64,000 nt of DNA. Source: an uncultured Rickettsiales bacterium. GTDB lineage: Bacteria; Pseudomonadota; Alphaproteobacteria; Rs-D84. Positions 7,862 to 15,937 of this stretch are shown here, piece after piece. Made by a program: the position numbers and the translations under genes. Below the pieces are notes generated by a model. It ran no database searches. It was not told where the DNA came from and saw nothing but the letters and a program-made list of their open reading frames with translations. Where the stretch lies: NCBI GenBank assembly GCA_900550495.1, contig URSJ01000004.1:7908-71907 (forward strand), written 5' to 3'. Position 1 is the first letter of the stretch. Each line of letters opens with the position of its first letter.

Positions 7862-8963
7862 ATTGAATACCAACACTGAACTGGTCACCCCAGCCGGCAA
7901 CCGTCTGGCCGCCAACCTGGCAATTTATATCTTCAAATCCGCCAGATACCTGGTTCTTTTTTACGATATTACTGGTCACCAACGCGCCCGTTGTCCCCAA
8001 TACCACCGCCGCAATGGAATCAGATGCCAAACGTGCAGTATTAAAATTACCATCCGCGTTTTTCCACACCGACACCTTGAAATCATCAGACATCGCGTTC
8101 AGTTTTTTATACACAGACGTTATTTTCGTCCGGGATTGGTTTTGTTCTGAACTGACCAACGCCGCGCCTTTGACACATTCTTTGCCGTCTTTTATTTCAT
8201 AGCCTGGTTTGATACATTTACATTCGCCATTGGTCCACTGGGCACCAACAACCCGGCCACATTCTGTCACCTTGGGATTAGTAATACAGTTTTTGGTATC
8301 TGACGAATAGATTTTTGTCGTATCCAGACATATACACTGGTTGTTTTCCCATTTGGCAACTGACGCGCCCAAACCCTTACAGTTTGTTTCGTCTGTTGGG
8401 ACACATGTATTTTGAGCATTACGTTCATATCCGGCTGTGCATTCACACTTCTTTTTATCCGCGCTTTGTGTTAAATGCGCATCGCCACTGCACGAACACT
8501 TTTTTTTACTCCACGTTCCACCAGAGTTTTCACAGTCCTTTTGTTTACCACTTGTTGAAGAATTGCTTGACGCAACCGGTTGAACAACTGTTGTAGTTGT
8601 GTGGACTACCGCCAGCTGTGCTGACGCGGTTGTGCCACTGGATTGTTTTACACAATTGCGATACAACGGTTGTCCTTTACTTGTAGTCCAACCAGAAATC
8701 GGGCTAGCCAATTTATAATCGCTGTTACATTCAACAATTGCCTCTGTGCAAGTAGTTTTGTTCGAATCGCTTTTTTTATAACACGTCTTTGCATGTTGTT
8801 TTTTGTCACAGGTCACATACTTGTCACAATCAATGTCATCATCGCCCCAGCTGCCACCACCGCCACCACCGCCGGTGCTGCCACCGCCCCATTCTGCAGC
8901 AACAGCATTTAAGTTAAATAGAAACATTCCACAAAAAGCGGCTAAAACAATGCGTCCTTTCAT
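7860..8963 (-). CDS. Secreted cysteine-rich protein, family copy B (367 aa)
   Basis: Signal peptide MKGRIVLAAFCGMFLFNLNAVA followed by AEWGGGSTGGGGGGGSW. I count 21 Cys after the signal peptide. There are three C..W-x4-CxC..C modules and the conserved C-terminal domain ending FSVGIQ. Confidence 0.8.
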   Translation of the reverse strand: MKGRIVLAAFCGMFLFNLNAVAAEWGGGSTGGGGGGGSWGDDDIDCDKYVTCDKKQHAKTCYKKSDSNKTTCTEAIVECNSDYKLASPISGWTTSKGQPLYRNCVKQSSGTTASAQLAVVHTTTTVVQPVASSNSSTSGKQKDCENSGGTWSKKKCSCSGDAHLTQSADKKKCECTAGYERNAQNTCVPTDETNCKGLGASVAKWENNQCICLDTTKIYSSDTKNCITNPKVTECGRVVGAQWTNGECKCIKPGYEIKDGKECVKGAALVSSEQNQSRTKITSVYKKLNAMSDDFKVSVWKNADGNFNTARLASDSIAAVVLGTTGALVTSNIVKKNQVSGGFEDINCQVGGQTVAGWGDQFSVGIQ

Positions 8964-9039
8964 ACTCTTATCCCCCTTTTTATGCCGAAAATAAACAGGC
9001 GTTTAAAAACGACATTCCAATTTGTATTCTAATGTCCTT

Positions 9040-9068
9040 ATTTTACTATATTTTTCACCCCCGACCAA
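9040..9068 (-). promoter_or_regulatory. Promoter of family copy B: TTGGTC, 17-nt spacer containing G5, TAAAAT
   Basis: Gene-orientation sequence TTGGTCGGGGGTGAAAAATATAGTAAAAT. It is homologous to 7625-7654 but has one G fewer in the spacer. Confidence 0.5.
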
Positions 9069-9187
9069 GAATAAATTTACGCCATGTCCAGGGTCGCCGG
9101 GGAAATACAAAACAATGCGATATTTACCAGAAAAATTATTTATCGTATGCGCACACACAGGATTTCGCCCGGCGCACAGCCACATTT

Positions 9188-10462
9188 TTATTTATATTCT
9201 GAAATCATTTGATTGATTTGTGCCGCCAGGACCAAATCACCCTGCTTTTGCTTTTCAATCTGGGCGATAGCATAAACAACTGTGGCATGATCGCGACCAC
9301 CAACATAACCACCAATTTCAGCCAAAGACAGATTTGTTGCACCCTTTAACACCGCCATCATTGTCTGACGCGCAATAACCAATGCGCGTGCGCGACCACG
9401 ACCACAAACCGCATCATATGAAACACCCAATTTTTCACACATATTGCGAACCATTGCGATTGGTGTCTTGGCACGCTGTAATGTGTCGGCCAACAAACGT
9501 GATGCAACCGTCATGTCAACTGTTGTGCCCATCAATTCAGCATATGTTTTAACCTTGGTCGCGATGCCAGATACCAAATGGCCATCTGCCGCTGTGCGTG
9601 ACGCCAATTCGGTTGCAACGTCCGATGTAACACCAGCACGCATCAACATAACGCGACGAACATTTGCATTTGGTGCCGTGACATCGGCAACAAGGCCGGA
9701 CGCCATCACAGACTGAGCACGACGATCAAAACCGGTCAAATTATTTGGGGTTGTATTTGCGGTCAAAACAACGTTTTTACCCGCATTGCGCAAATCAGAT
9801 ATCAATTGAATAAATTCTTCGCATGTTGCGCGTTTGCCGCCCAACGCCGCAACATCATCTAAAATAAATGTATCACAGTTACGACAATAGTCCTTGAACG
9901 CAAAGATTGTGTGATCATGCAGTGCGCGTGTGAAATCAGACACAAATTGGCCCCCTGTCATCATAATCGTGCGACCCGTCGCCGCAGAATTAATGCAACG
10001 CACCAACAATGATTTGCCACACCCTGCCGGGCCATAGATGAACAGTGGCGAAAAAGGAACGTGTCCCGCCGCCAATTTCTTGCACGCAGATAATACAAAC
10101 GCATTTTCATCAGATGAAATAAATTCATCAAAATCCGCCATTGCATCGCGCACTGCTGGTGTCGGGGTAAATGTCTGGACCGCATTGTCGTTTGCAACCG
10201 GTGCCGCCACAGACGCACCACGGACCGCAATACGCACCGCCAGACCAAATTCCGCCGCGACAGCATTTAATGTTGCGCCGTGCACGCCAGATATAAAATC
10301 AGCCGAGAATTGATTCTGGGCGGTCAATACCAATATATCATTTTCAATTTCGAAATTCAGTGGGACAATCCAAGACGAGAACGCAGCAGAATCCATTTTT
10401 GCGGCAATGGCCCCCTTGATTGTTTCCAAGTTAGTCATTTTTTTTGTTGCCGCTGCCTGCAT
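9188..10462 (-). CDS. dnaA: Chromosomal replication initiator DnaA
   Basis: AAA+ Walker A (GPAGCGKS). The domain IV signature LSLAEIGGYVGGRDHATVVYA is present. Start set to ATG 10462 behind a strong AGGAAGGAGA SD (MQAAATKK). Confidence 0.92.
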   Translation of the reverse strand: MQAAATKKMTNLETIKGAIAAKMDSAAFSSWIVPLNFEIENDILVLTAQNQFSADFISGVHGATLNAVAAEFGLAVRIAVRGASVAAPVANDNAVQTFTPTPAVRDAMADFDEFISSDENAFVLSACKKLAAGHVPFSPLFIYGPAGCGKSLLVRCINSAATGRTIMMTGGQFVSDFTRALHDHTIFAFKDYCRNCDTFILDDVAALGGKRATCEEFIQLISDLRNAGKNVVLTANTTPNNLTGFDRRAQSVMASGLVADVTAPNANVRRVMLMRAGVTSDVATELASRTAADGHLVSGIATKVKTYAELMGTTVDMTVASRLLADTLQRAKTPIAMVRNMCEKLGVSYDAVCGRGRARALVIARQTMMAVLKGATNLSLAEIGGYVGGRDHATVVYAIAQIEKQKQGDLVLAAQINQMISEYK

Positions 10463-10529
10463 GTCGTTTCTCCTTCCTTTCAGAGTTTCCTGCCAGCGCA
10501 AGAGTGTAAAAATCACCTGCACATAAACG

Positions 10530-10557
10530 CTAAATTTTACTGGGTCATAAAATTTAG
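10530..10557. promoter_or_regulatory. Perfect 10-bp inverted repeat (CTAAATTTTA-N8-TAAAATTTAG) upstream of dnaA; possible operator
   Basis: Seen directly, 68-95 nt upstream of the dnaA ATG within an AT-rich 300-bp intergenic region. Confidence 0.3.
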
Positions 10558-10771
10558 TGTTTATGTTAGCCCTACTTTTAAACCCTCTCGCTTTTGTTTT
10601 TGGATTGAGTGTATGTTCTCAATCGTTTTGGATACGTCAATTAAGTTATAAGATAAATTTTGATTTTCAACAAAATGTTAAACGTTTTTTAAACATTTAT
10701 TTTTTGACAACGATTCGTTTTTTTGCCAGATTTCCGCGCTTTGTATATACACTGTATAGACACAAAAAGTT

Positions 10772-11797
10772 TTATGCGCGGACATATCCGCCAGTGGTTT
10801 TTCGCACTAACCCCTGCAATTCCAAGACCACCAAATCGCGTTTTATTTCCGAAATATTTTTTTTGACAATTTCTGCCAATACAGAATCAGACACCGGAAT
10901 CGTTCCAATTTTATCCAACAGTGAATTTTCCGATTCACTTTGTTCTGATTTTTTTTGCTTTTGTTCTGATTTTTTCATCGCGGTAAAAAAATCGGACGCG
11001 CCAACGCACAATTCTGCAATTCCTGATTTTATCAACGAATTTGGGCCTGCGCCCCGGGAATCAGACGGATGCGATGGTATTGCGTATATTTTTCGCCCAA
11101 TCTCACACGCGAATCGGGCGGTTCGCATACTGCCAGAATTTATATCTGCCTCGCCCAATATCAATTTTTCCCCGATTCCTGCAACCCATCGGTTACGCTG
11201 CACAAAATTTGTAGCAACAGGGACAAAGCCAACAGGCATTTCACTGATAACCACACCACGTGCAACAATTTCCCAATACAACGATTCGTTTTCGGTCGGC
11301 CAAATATAATCCGCACCGCCTGCCAAAACCGCGATTGTCTGGGCATTACCCGCTGCAAACAAAGCCCCACGATGTGCGGCCGTATCTGTTCCTATTGCCA
11401 TTCCAGATGCCACAACGATATCATGCGATGCAAATTGGGTCGCCATATCGGCAACAAATTCCATTCCGGCGGCGGTTGCATGGCGCGTCCCGACCATTGA
11501 CACCGCAGTTCGACGCAGTGTGTCCAGATTTCCCCGTGCTGTAATTACAGGCGGGTGATTTCGCACGTTAAGTAACTGTGCCGGATAATAATCGTCATCA
11601 TCACATATATAATGTATATCCAGTGCTGCCGCCCGCTCCATTTCACGCGAAACCACGTCACGATGCGCCGCCGATGGATTCAACGCGCCTACCGCCGCGG
11701 TCACATCACCATCGAATCGCGCAACCAGTTCGTTATAACGCACCGGCCCAATTCCTGGCGTCCGCAAAATCAACAATTTGTTAAATAATTTTTCCAT
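10772..11797 (-). CDS. dprA: DNA-processing protein A (DprA/Smf)
   Basis: Rossmann-like DprA core (VVASGMAIGTDTAAHRGAL, IAVLAGGADYIWP, NFVQRNRWVAGI, GSMRTARFACEIGRKIYAIP). Confidence 0.9.
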   Translation of the reverse strand: MEKLFNKLLILRTPGIGPVRYNELVARFDGDVTAAVGALNPSAAHRDVVSREMERAAALDIHYICDDDDYYPAQLLNVRNHPPVITARGNLDTLRRTAVSMVGTRHATAAGMEFVADMATQFASHDIVVASGMAIGTDTAAHRGALFAAGNAQTIAVLAGGADYIWPTENESLYWEIVARGVVISEMPVGFVPVATNFVQRNRWVAGIGEKLILGEADINSGSMRTARFACEIGRKIYAIPSHPSDSRGAGPNSLIKSGIAELCVGASDFFTAMKKSEQKQKKSEQSESENSLLDKIGTIPVSDSVLAEIVKKNISEIKRDLVVLELQGLVRKTTGGYVRA

Positions 11798-11835
11798 AGC
11801 AACAATATAATCAAAACCACATATATATTAAAAGT

Positions 11836-11867
11836 AAAAAACGTCCCAGATGTGGGACGTTTTTTTT
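11836..11867. terminator. Bidirectional terminator (A5-ACGTCCCAGATGTGGGACGT-T7)
   Basis: Hairpin with an 8-bp stem flanked by A and T runs. Confidence 0.8.
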
Positions 11868-11885
11868 ATCTGAATACTTATATAA

Positions 11886-12734
11886 TTACGATTCCCAGAT
11901 TTGCAACAGGCCCTCGTAATCAAATGTTTCACATTCTTCGGGCTTTTCGGTGCCGTTCCAAATATCTTTGTCGCATTCGTTACGCAACTCTTTCAGATAA
12001 CGACCAAATTCATTATATTCAGACGCCTTTTCCTTTTTTAATACCAGCAACTGGCTGCGCAACTGTTCATTTTGACTCAGCGATTTTTGTCCTTCAACAG
12101 AACCACCTATCAACTTGTTTCCGAACAGTTCCATGATACCAACGCCAACGGCCGCACCACCAACAGCACCGCCAACGGTCGCCCATGTCCGTGCAGACTT
12201 TTTCGCATCCAAGATACGTTTTTTTATCTTGCCTTCGTCTGTCCATTCACCACACGTGATTGTGCGTCCCATTTCAAAATATTTTGCCGGAACATCAGAC
12301 ACGCTGATTTTAGGATCGGACGATTTCATTTCAACCCTAACAAAGCACGTATTGTTTTTCGGTTCTTCGACATCTTCGACCATGCTGGCATAGTTGTTCA
12401 GATTACTGTATCGTGACGCCCAAACAAAGGTATTACCCATACCAACATTGTTATTGATGCACGCATTTTTTTCCTTTTCGCGCATATCAACATCTGAATT
12501 TGTGTTTTCTGGCTCAACACGCGTGCTGGATTTACTGGTATCTGGTGTTATTGTTGGATTGCTGGACACAGACATCGTCGCCATAGACGATATTTGCGCC
12601 TTGGACGCGGTCGCACGATTGGCTGCGCCAACCATCTGAGCTTGCACTGAACGACGCGACTGACCCGCCGGCACCAATGCCAGTGCAGGCATTGCCACAA
12701 CACAGCACAAAATCGCAGAAATTATTTTTTTCAT
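11886..12734 (-). CDS. Secreted or membrane protein with a glycine-zipper segment (282 aa), function unknown
   Basis: Signal peptide MKKIISAILCCVVAMPALA. Gly-zipper/TM-like segment WATVGGAVGGAAVGVGIMELF followed by a coiled-coil-like tail with Cys pairs. Confidence 0.7.
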   Translation of the reverse strand: MKKIISAILCCVVAMPALALVPAGQSRRSVQAQMVGAANRATASKAQISSMATMSVSSNPTITPDTSKSSTRVEPENTNSDVDMREKEKNACINNNVGMGNTFVWASRYSNLNNYASMVEDVEEPKNNTCFVRVEMKSSDPKISVSDVPAKYFEMGRTITCGEWTDEGKIKKRILDAKKSARTWATVGGAVGGAAVGVGIMELFGNKLIGGSVEGQKSLSQNEQLRSQLLVLKKEKASEYNEFGRYLKELRNECDKDIWNGTEKPEECETFDYEGLLQIWES

Positions 12735-12764
12735 ATTCCCCCCAAGGCATATCTCTTGCGAGAG

Positions 12765-12773
12765 ATTATATCA
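12765..12773 (-). promoter_or_regulatory. Extended -10 promoter element TGATATAAT
   Basis: Gene-orientation sequence TTTTGTGATATAAT, about 30 nt upstream of ATG 12734. The identical 14-mer recurs at 45943 and 58798. Confidence 0.5.
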
Positions 12774-12848
12774 CAAAATACACCTAAAATAAAGGCAAAA
12801 TACAATGAAAACAGCGGTCACATATACGACCGCCACGAAATCTGGATA

Positions 12849-13436
12849 TTACTTTTTCCACTTCCACTCTATCTTAGACTCGGTCCCGCCAACCAAGCGT
12901 CCAATATTTTCGCGATGCCGCCACAAGCAAACCAGTGCTATCGCCAAAAACGCAAGCCCAACATGCACGTTCATAACAAAGCCTAAAATCGGCATTAAAC
13001 AGAACACGACAACCGCCCCCAGTGACGAATACCCCGACGATAGTGCGACAACCAACCACTCGATACCGCATATCACAAACAATAACGGATTTGTCGCCAG
13101 CAACACGCCGAATAACGATGAAATACCCTTGCCACCGTGAAAACGCAACCATATTGGATAGCAATGACCAATAATCGCAACAAATCCACACCATGCGCCA
13201 AATGCCACACCACCAATGGCCTGGCCCAGCAACACAGCCACGATGGCCTTGGCCATGTCCAACAACCACACCGCCCCCGCCATACGCAGGCCACCTACGC
13301 GCATAACGTTTGTAGCACCGATGTTACCACTGCCGACTTTGCGCAAATCACCGCGCCCCATCAATTGTGTAAATACCAATCCCATTGGGACAGAGCCTAA
13401 CAAATAAGAAATAACCAGAACAATTACATACATCAT
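12849..13436 (-). CDS. plsY: Glycerol-3-phosphate acyltransferase PlsY
   Basis: Motifs YLLGSVP, GSGNIGATNV and HGGKG in a multi-TM 195-aa protein. Confidence 0.92.
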   Translation of the reverse strand: MMYVIVLVISYLLGSVPMGLVFTQLMGRGDLRKVGSGNIGATNVMRVGGLRMAGAVWLLDMAKAIVAVLLGQAIGGVAFGAWCGFVAIIGHCYPIWLRFHGGKGISSLFGVLLATNPLLFVICGIEWLVVALSSGYSSLGAVVVFCLMPILGFVMNVHVGLAFLAIALVCLWRHRENIGRLVGGTESKIEWKWKK

Positions 13437-13509
13437 TTTATTTTTCCTTGATTTTGTGTTTGTTTTTTATAGAATAGCAAGAAACTTGAATAAATAAAAG
13501 GAAAATAAA

Positions 13510-13770
13510 GTGGCAAATCATAAGTCATCTGAAAAAAGAATTTCTGTTACGGCCAAGAAGAATGCCGTGAACACTGCCCGTCGCAGTGCTGTTAAAACCG
13601 CTACGAAAAAGGCATTGGTTGCAATTGAATCTGGGGACAAGACTGCGGCAACAACCGCTGTACGTGCCGCAGAAAGCAAGATTATGAAATCTGCTGGCAA
13701 GGTTATGCCGAAGCAGCGTGCTGCACGCAAGATTTCGCGTCTGGCGAAAAAAGTTTCCAAAATGGCATAA
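13510..13770 (+). CDS. rpsT: 30S ribosomal protein S20
   Basis: MANHKSSEKRISVTAKKNAVNTARRSAVKT. GTG start behind a GGAAAATAAA region. Confidence 0.93.
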   Translation: MANHKSSEKRISVTAKKNAVNTARRSAVKTATKKALVAIESGDKTAATTAVRAAESKIMKSAGKVMPKQRAARKISRLAKKVSKMA

Positions 13771-13791
13771 ATGCTATTACTACGGCGACTC

Positions 13792-13814
13792 GGCGCACAT
13801 TTTGTGCGCCTTTT
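13792..13814 (+). terminator. Rho-independent terminator after rpsT
   Basis: Hairpin GGCGCACATTTTGTGCGCC followed by TTTT. Confidence 0.75.
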
Positions 13815-13920
13815 GCTGTATACAACGCCTCTTATCGGGGCGATTTTTTTTTGTTAAAGAACATGCGTTTCACGCGATGGAAGTGATAAAGTAAAATTCC
13901 CCTCTGACCAGATGGGTGAT

Positions 13921-14123
13921 GTGAAGCACCCAGGTGTCGTTTTTTCATGGGTTGCTTCACTACGTTCACAATAACAATGGCGCCAGTCATTGTTAGTTGT
14001 CATTCCTGCGCAGGCGGGAATAAGGGGCTTTAAAATTACTCCTGCCCATTGTTGCACGATATACGTAAAGCGCCCCGCAAAATCGTTGGATTTTTTTTGT
14101 AGGGGGCCAAGAATCCAGGTCAT
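13921..14123. repeat. Composite of palindromic REP/MITE-like repeats in a 360-bp non-coding gap
   Basis: Hairpin GTGAAGCA..TGCTTCAC at 13921-13960, palindrome GTCATTCCTGCGCAGGCGGGAAT at 13999-14021, and GAATCCAGGTCAT at 14111-14123. Confidence 0.6.
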
Positions 14124-14174
14124 CGGACTGTGCGCCAGGGGCGCATTTTATCTGCGCTCTGAAATATGAACTCT

Positions 14175-14201
14175 AAAAAACGCGCCAGCGGCGCGTTTTT
14201 T
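14175..14201. terminator. Bidirectional terminator (A6-CGCGCCAGCGGCGCG-T6) after family copy C
   Basis: GC hairpin flanked by A and T runs. Confidence 0.8.
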
Positions 14202-15709
14202 ATTGCATTCCTACACTAAACTCGTCGCCCCAGCCAGCAACAGTTTGACCACCTATCTGACAATTAATGTCTTCAAATCCGCTGGACACTTGATTCTTTT
14301 TTACCACGTTACTGGTTACCAACGCACCTGTTGTCCCCAATACCACCGCCGCAATCGAATCGGATGTCAGACGCGCAGTATTAAAGTTACCATCTGCATT
14401 CTTCCATACAGATACCTTAAAATCATTTGACATCCCGTCCAGTTTTTTATAAAGGTCACCTATTTTTATCCGAGATTCTGCCTGTTCTTCGGTCTTTATC
14501 AGCTCATCACTCTTGACGCACTGGGTTTTCTCCTCGTTCACAACATACCCTGCGGTTACACATTCGCACGTGCCAATCCATTTTGCACCAGGAATTTTTT
14601 TACATGCAACCATATCCGGATTATCTTCGCATTCGGTGCCGTTAAATTGCCGATATTGTCCACTGCATTTACACTGTTTTTCAACATCATTCCAGAATGC
14701 CCCAGACGACGTAGCAGCTTCGCATTTTTGTTTTAATGCGGCTATATTTGTCAGATTGCAACGACGATTGCTTTCGTCACGCATATAGTCCGTATCGTTT
14801 ATGCAGGTGCATTCACCATTGCTTAATTTTAAGTTCTTGGCCGAATCACACGTGCATTTGCTGCCGTTCCATGTCCCATAAGAGTTTTCACATTTTTCTC
14901 GAACCTGCTAGTTGTGTTCTTGCTGACGCTTTTTAACCACCGCTGGATTTTCTATGCAACTTTTTGCATCCCTGGCAACAATCCATTGATTGGCACAGGC
15001 ACCATCATTAAGTCGAATTTGCCACCCATTAGACATGCAAGTCTGTGTGCACTTGCCTGTCACATGGCTAAGGCTTGTCAGACCGTCAACCACTTTGCCA
15101 CCCGTCATCTGGCACTTTGCCGCATTATTTGAATCACCAGTTGAGTACGCTTTACCTGTCGCATCTTCACAATTGGCATTTTGCCTTGCACAGCCAGTCT
15201 TGTCTGCATTTGGTTTATAGTTTTCTTCGCAAGTATAATACACACAACCTGTGCTGCCCCCTGTGTTTACTATTTGTTCGCCACCAGACTCTTTCTTGGT
15301 CGCAAACCCATCAAGCAAATAGCGTGTTTTGACCTTAGCCTTTTCTCTTGCTGTTACACCCAACGGGCTATTTTTGCATAGCCTCGTAGGATTAGATTTA
15401 TGCCATTCGTCATATGCACTCCAACTTATATCAACACATGTATATATATCGACTATCTCGCCATGTATATCCGTTTGACCAACATTCGCCTGATAGCCGC
15501 ATTCGTTATCACCAAAACTATAATCATCAGAATCACAAGAATAACATTGACCACCACCAATCGTAGCCTGTATGTATTCCTTGTTTTCGCCAATCTTGCT
15601 GGTATCTTTGGGGCACGCAAAAGCCTTGCAGTTCTTTGCCCCATATGAATCAGAAATCCCGACAAATATACAAACACAACATATTGATAGTAACCAGATT
15701 TTTTTTCAT
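14200..15709 (-). pseudogene. Cysteine-rich family copy C, disrupted by an A8 tract frameshift at codons 2-4 and one in-frame TAG
   Basis: ATG at 15709 is followed by A8 (15699-15706), which runs out of frame into a TGA. With A7 the frame reads MKKIWLLSICCVCIFVGISDSYG and stays open to TAG at 14908-14910. Family sequence continues in the same frame to the conserved C-terminus (..FSVGMQ). Confidence 0.65.
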
Positions 15710-15781
15710 AATATGCCCTTTTTCCATGTCGAAAATAAACCACCGTTTAAAATCAACATCGCCATCGTGTTCAATGCGTTC

Positions 15782-15810
15782 ATTTTAGCACATTTTTGAA
15801 CTGCCACCAA
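15782..15810 (-). promoter_or_regulatory. Promoter of family copy C: TTGGTG, 17-nt spacer, TAAAAT
   Basis: Gene-orientation sequence TTGGTGGCAGTTCAAAAATGTGCTAAAAT. It is homologous to the copy A and B promoters, and the leader core TTTAAACGGTGGTTTATTTTCGACAT is also conserved. Confidence 0.45.
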
Positions 15811-15904
15811 GGATAAATTTTGCCACAAAAGCAACCATAGAGCATATGCACCCATGTGGCTTGTGACAAATAATACATTGCGCATGAACTCTGAAATTCG
15901 AACT

Positions 15905-15937
15905 AAAAAACACCGGCAGTCGCCGGTGTTTTTTTTT
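15905..15937. terminator. Bidirectional terminator (A6-CACCGGCAGTCGCCGGTG-T9) after the secretin gene
   Basis: GC hairpin flanked by A and T runs. Confidence 0.8.

Noticed and set aside
7566-8150. ORFs 7566-8150 (+) and 13854-14123 (-) as real genes.
   Set aside because: They are translations of the promoter/leader and REP-like palindromes (motifs such as PGIQ.., PACAGMT), or run antisense to family copy B.
10557-11309. Long antisense ORFs opposite confidently identified genes: 10557-11309 versus dprA, 16228-17007 versus the secretin, 34685-35380 versus nlpD, 55323-56261 versus lnt, 52575-53285, 45377-45940, 48613-49257 and 103-315.
   Set aside because: Each lies fully inside a gene with clear family motifs on the other strand. 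Each has a low-complexity or odd composition and most begin at non-ATG starts. These are typical shadow ORFs.
14908-14910. The in-frame TAG in family copy C as programmed read-through, pyrrolysine or stop-codon reassignment.
   Set aside because: TAG is used as an ordinary stop elsewhere in the window, for example at 19238-19240 before sufB. There is no supporting context, and the same gene also carries a frameshift. A simple inactivating mutation is more parsimonious.
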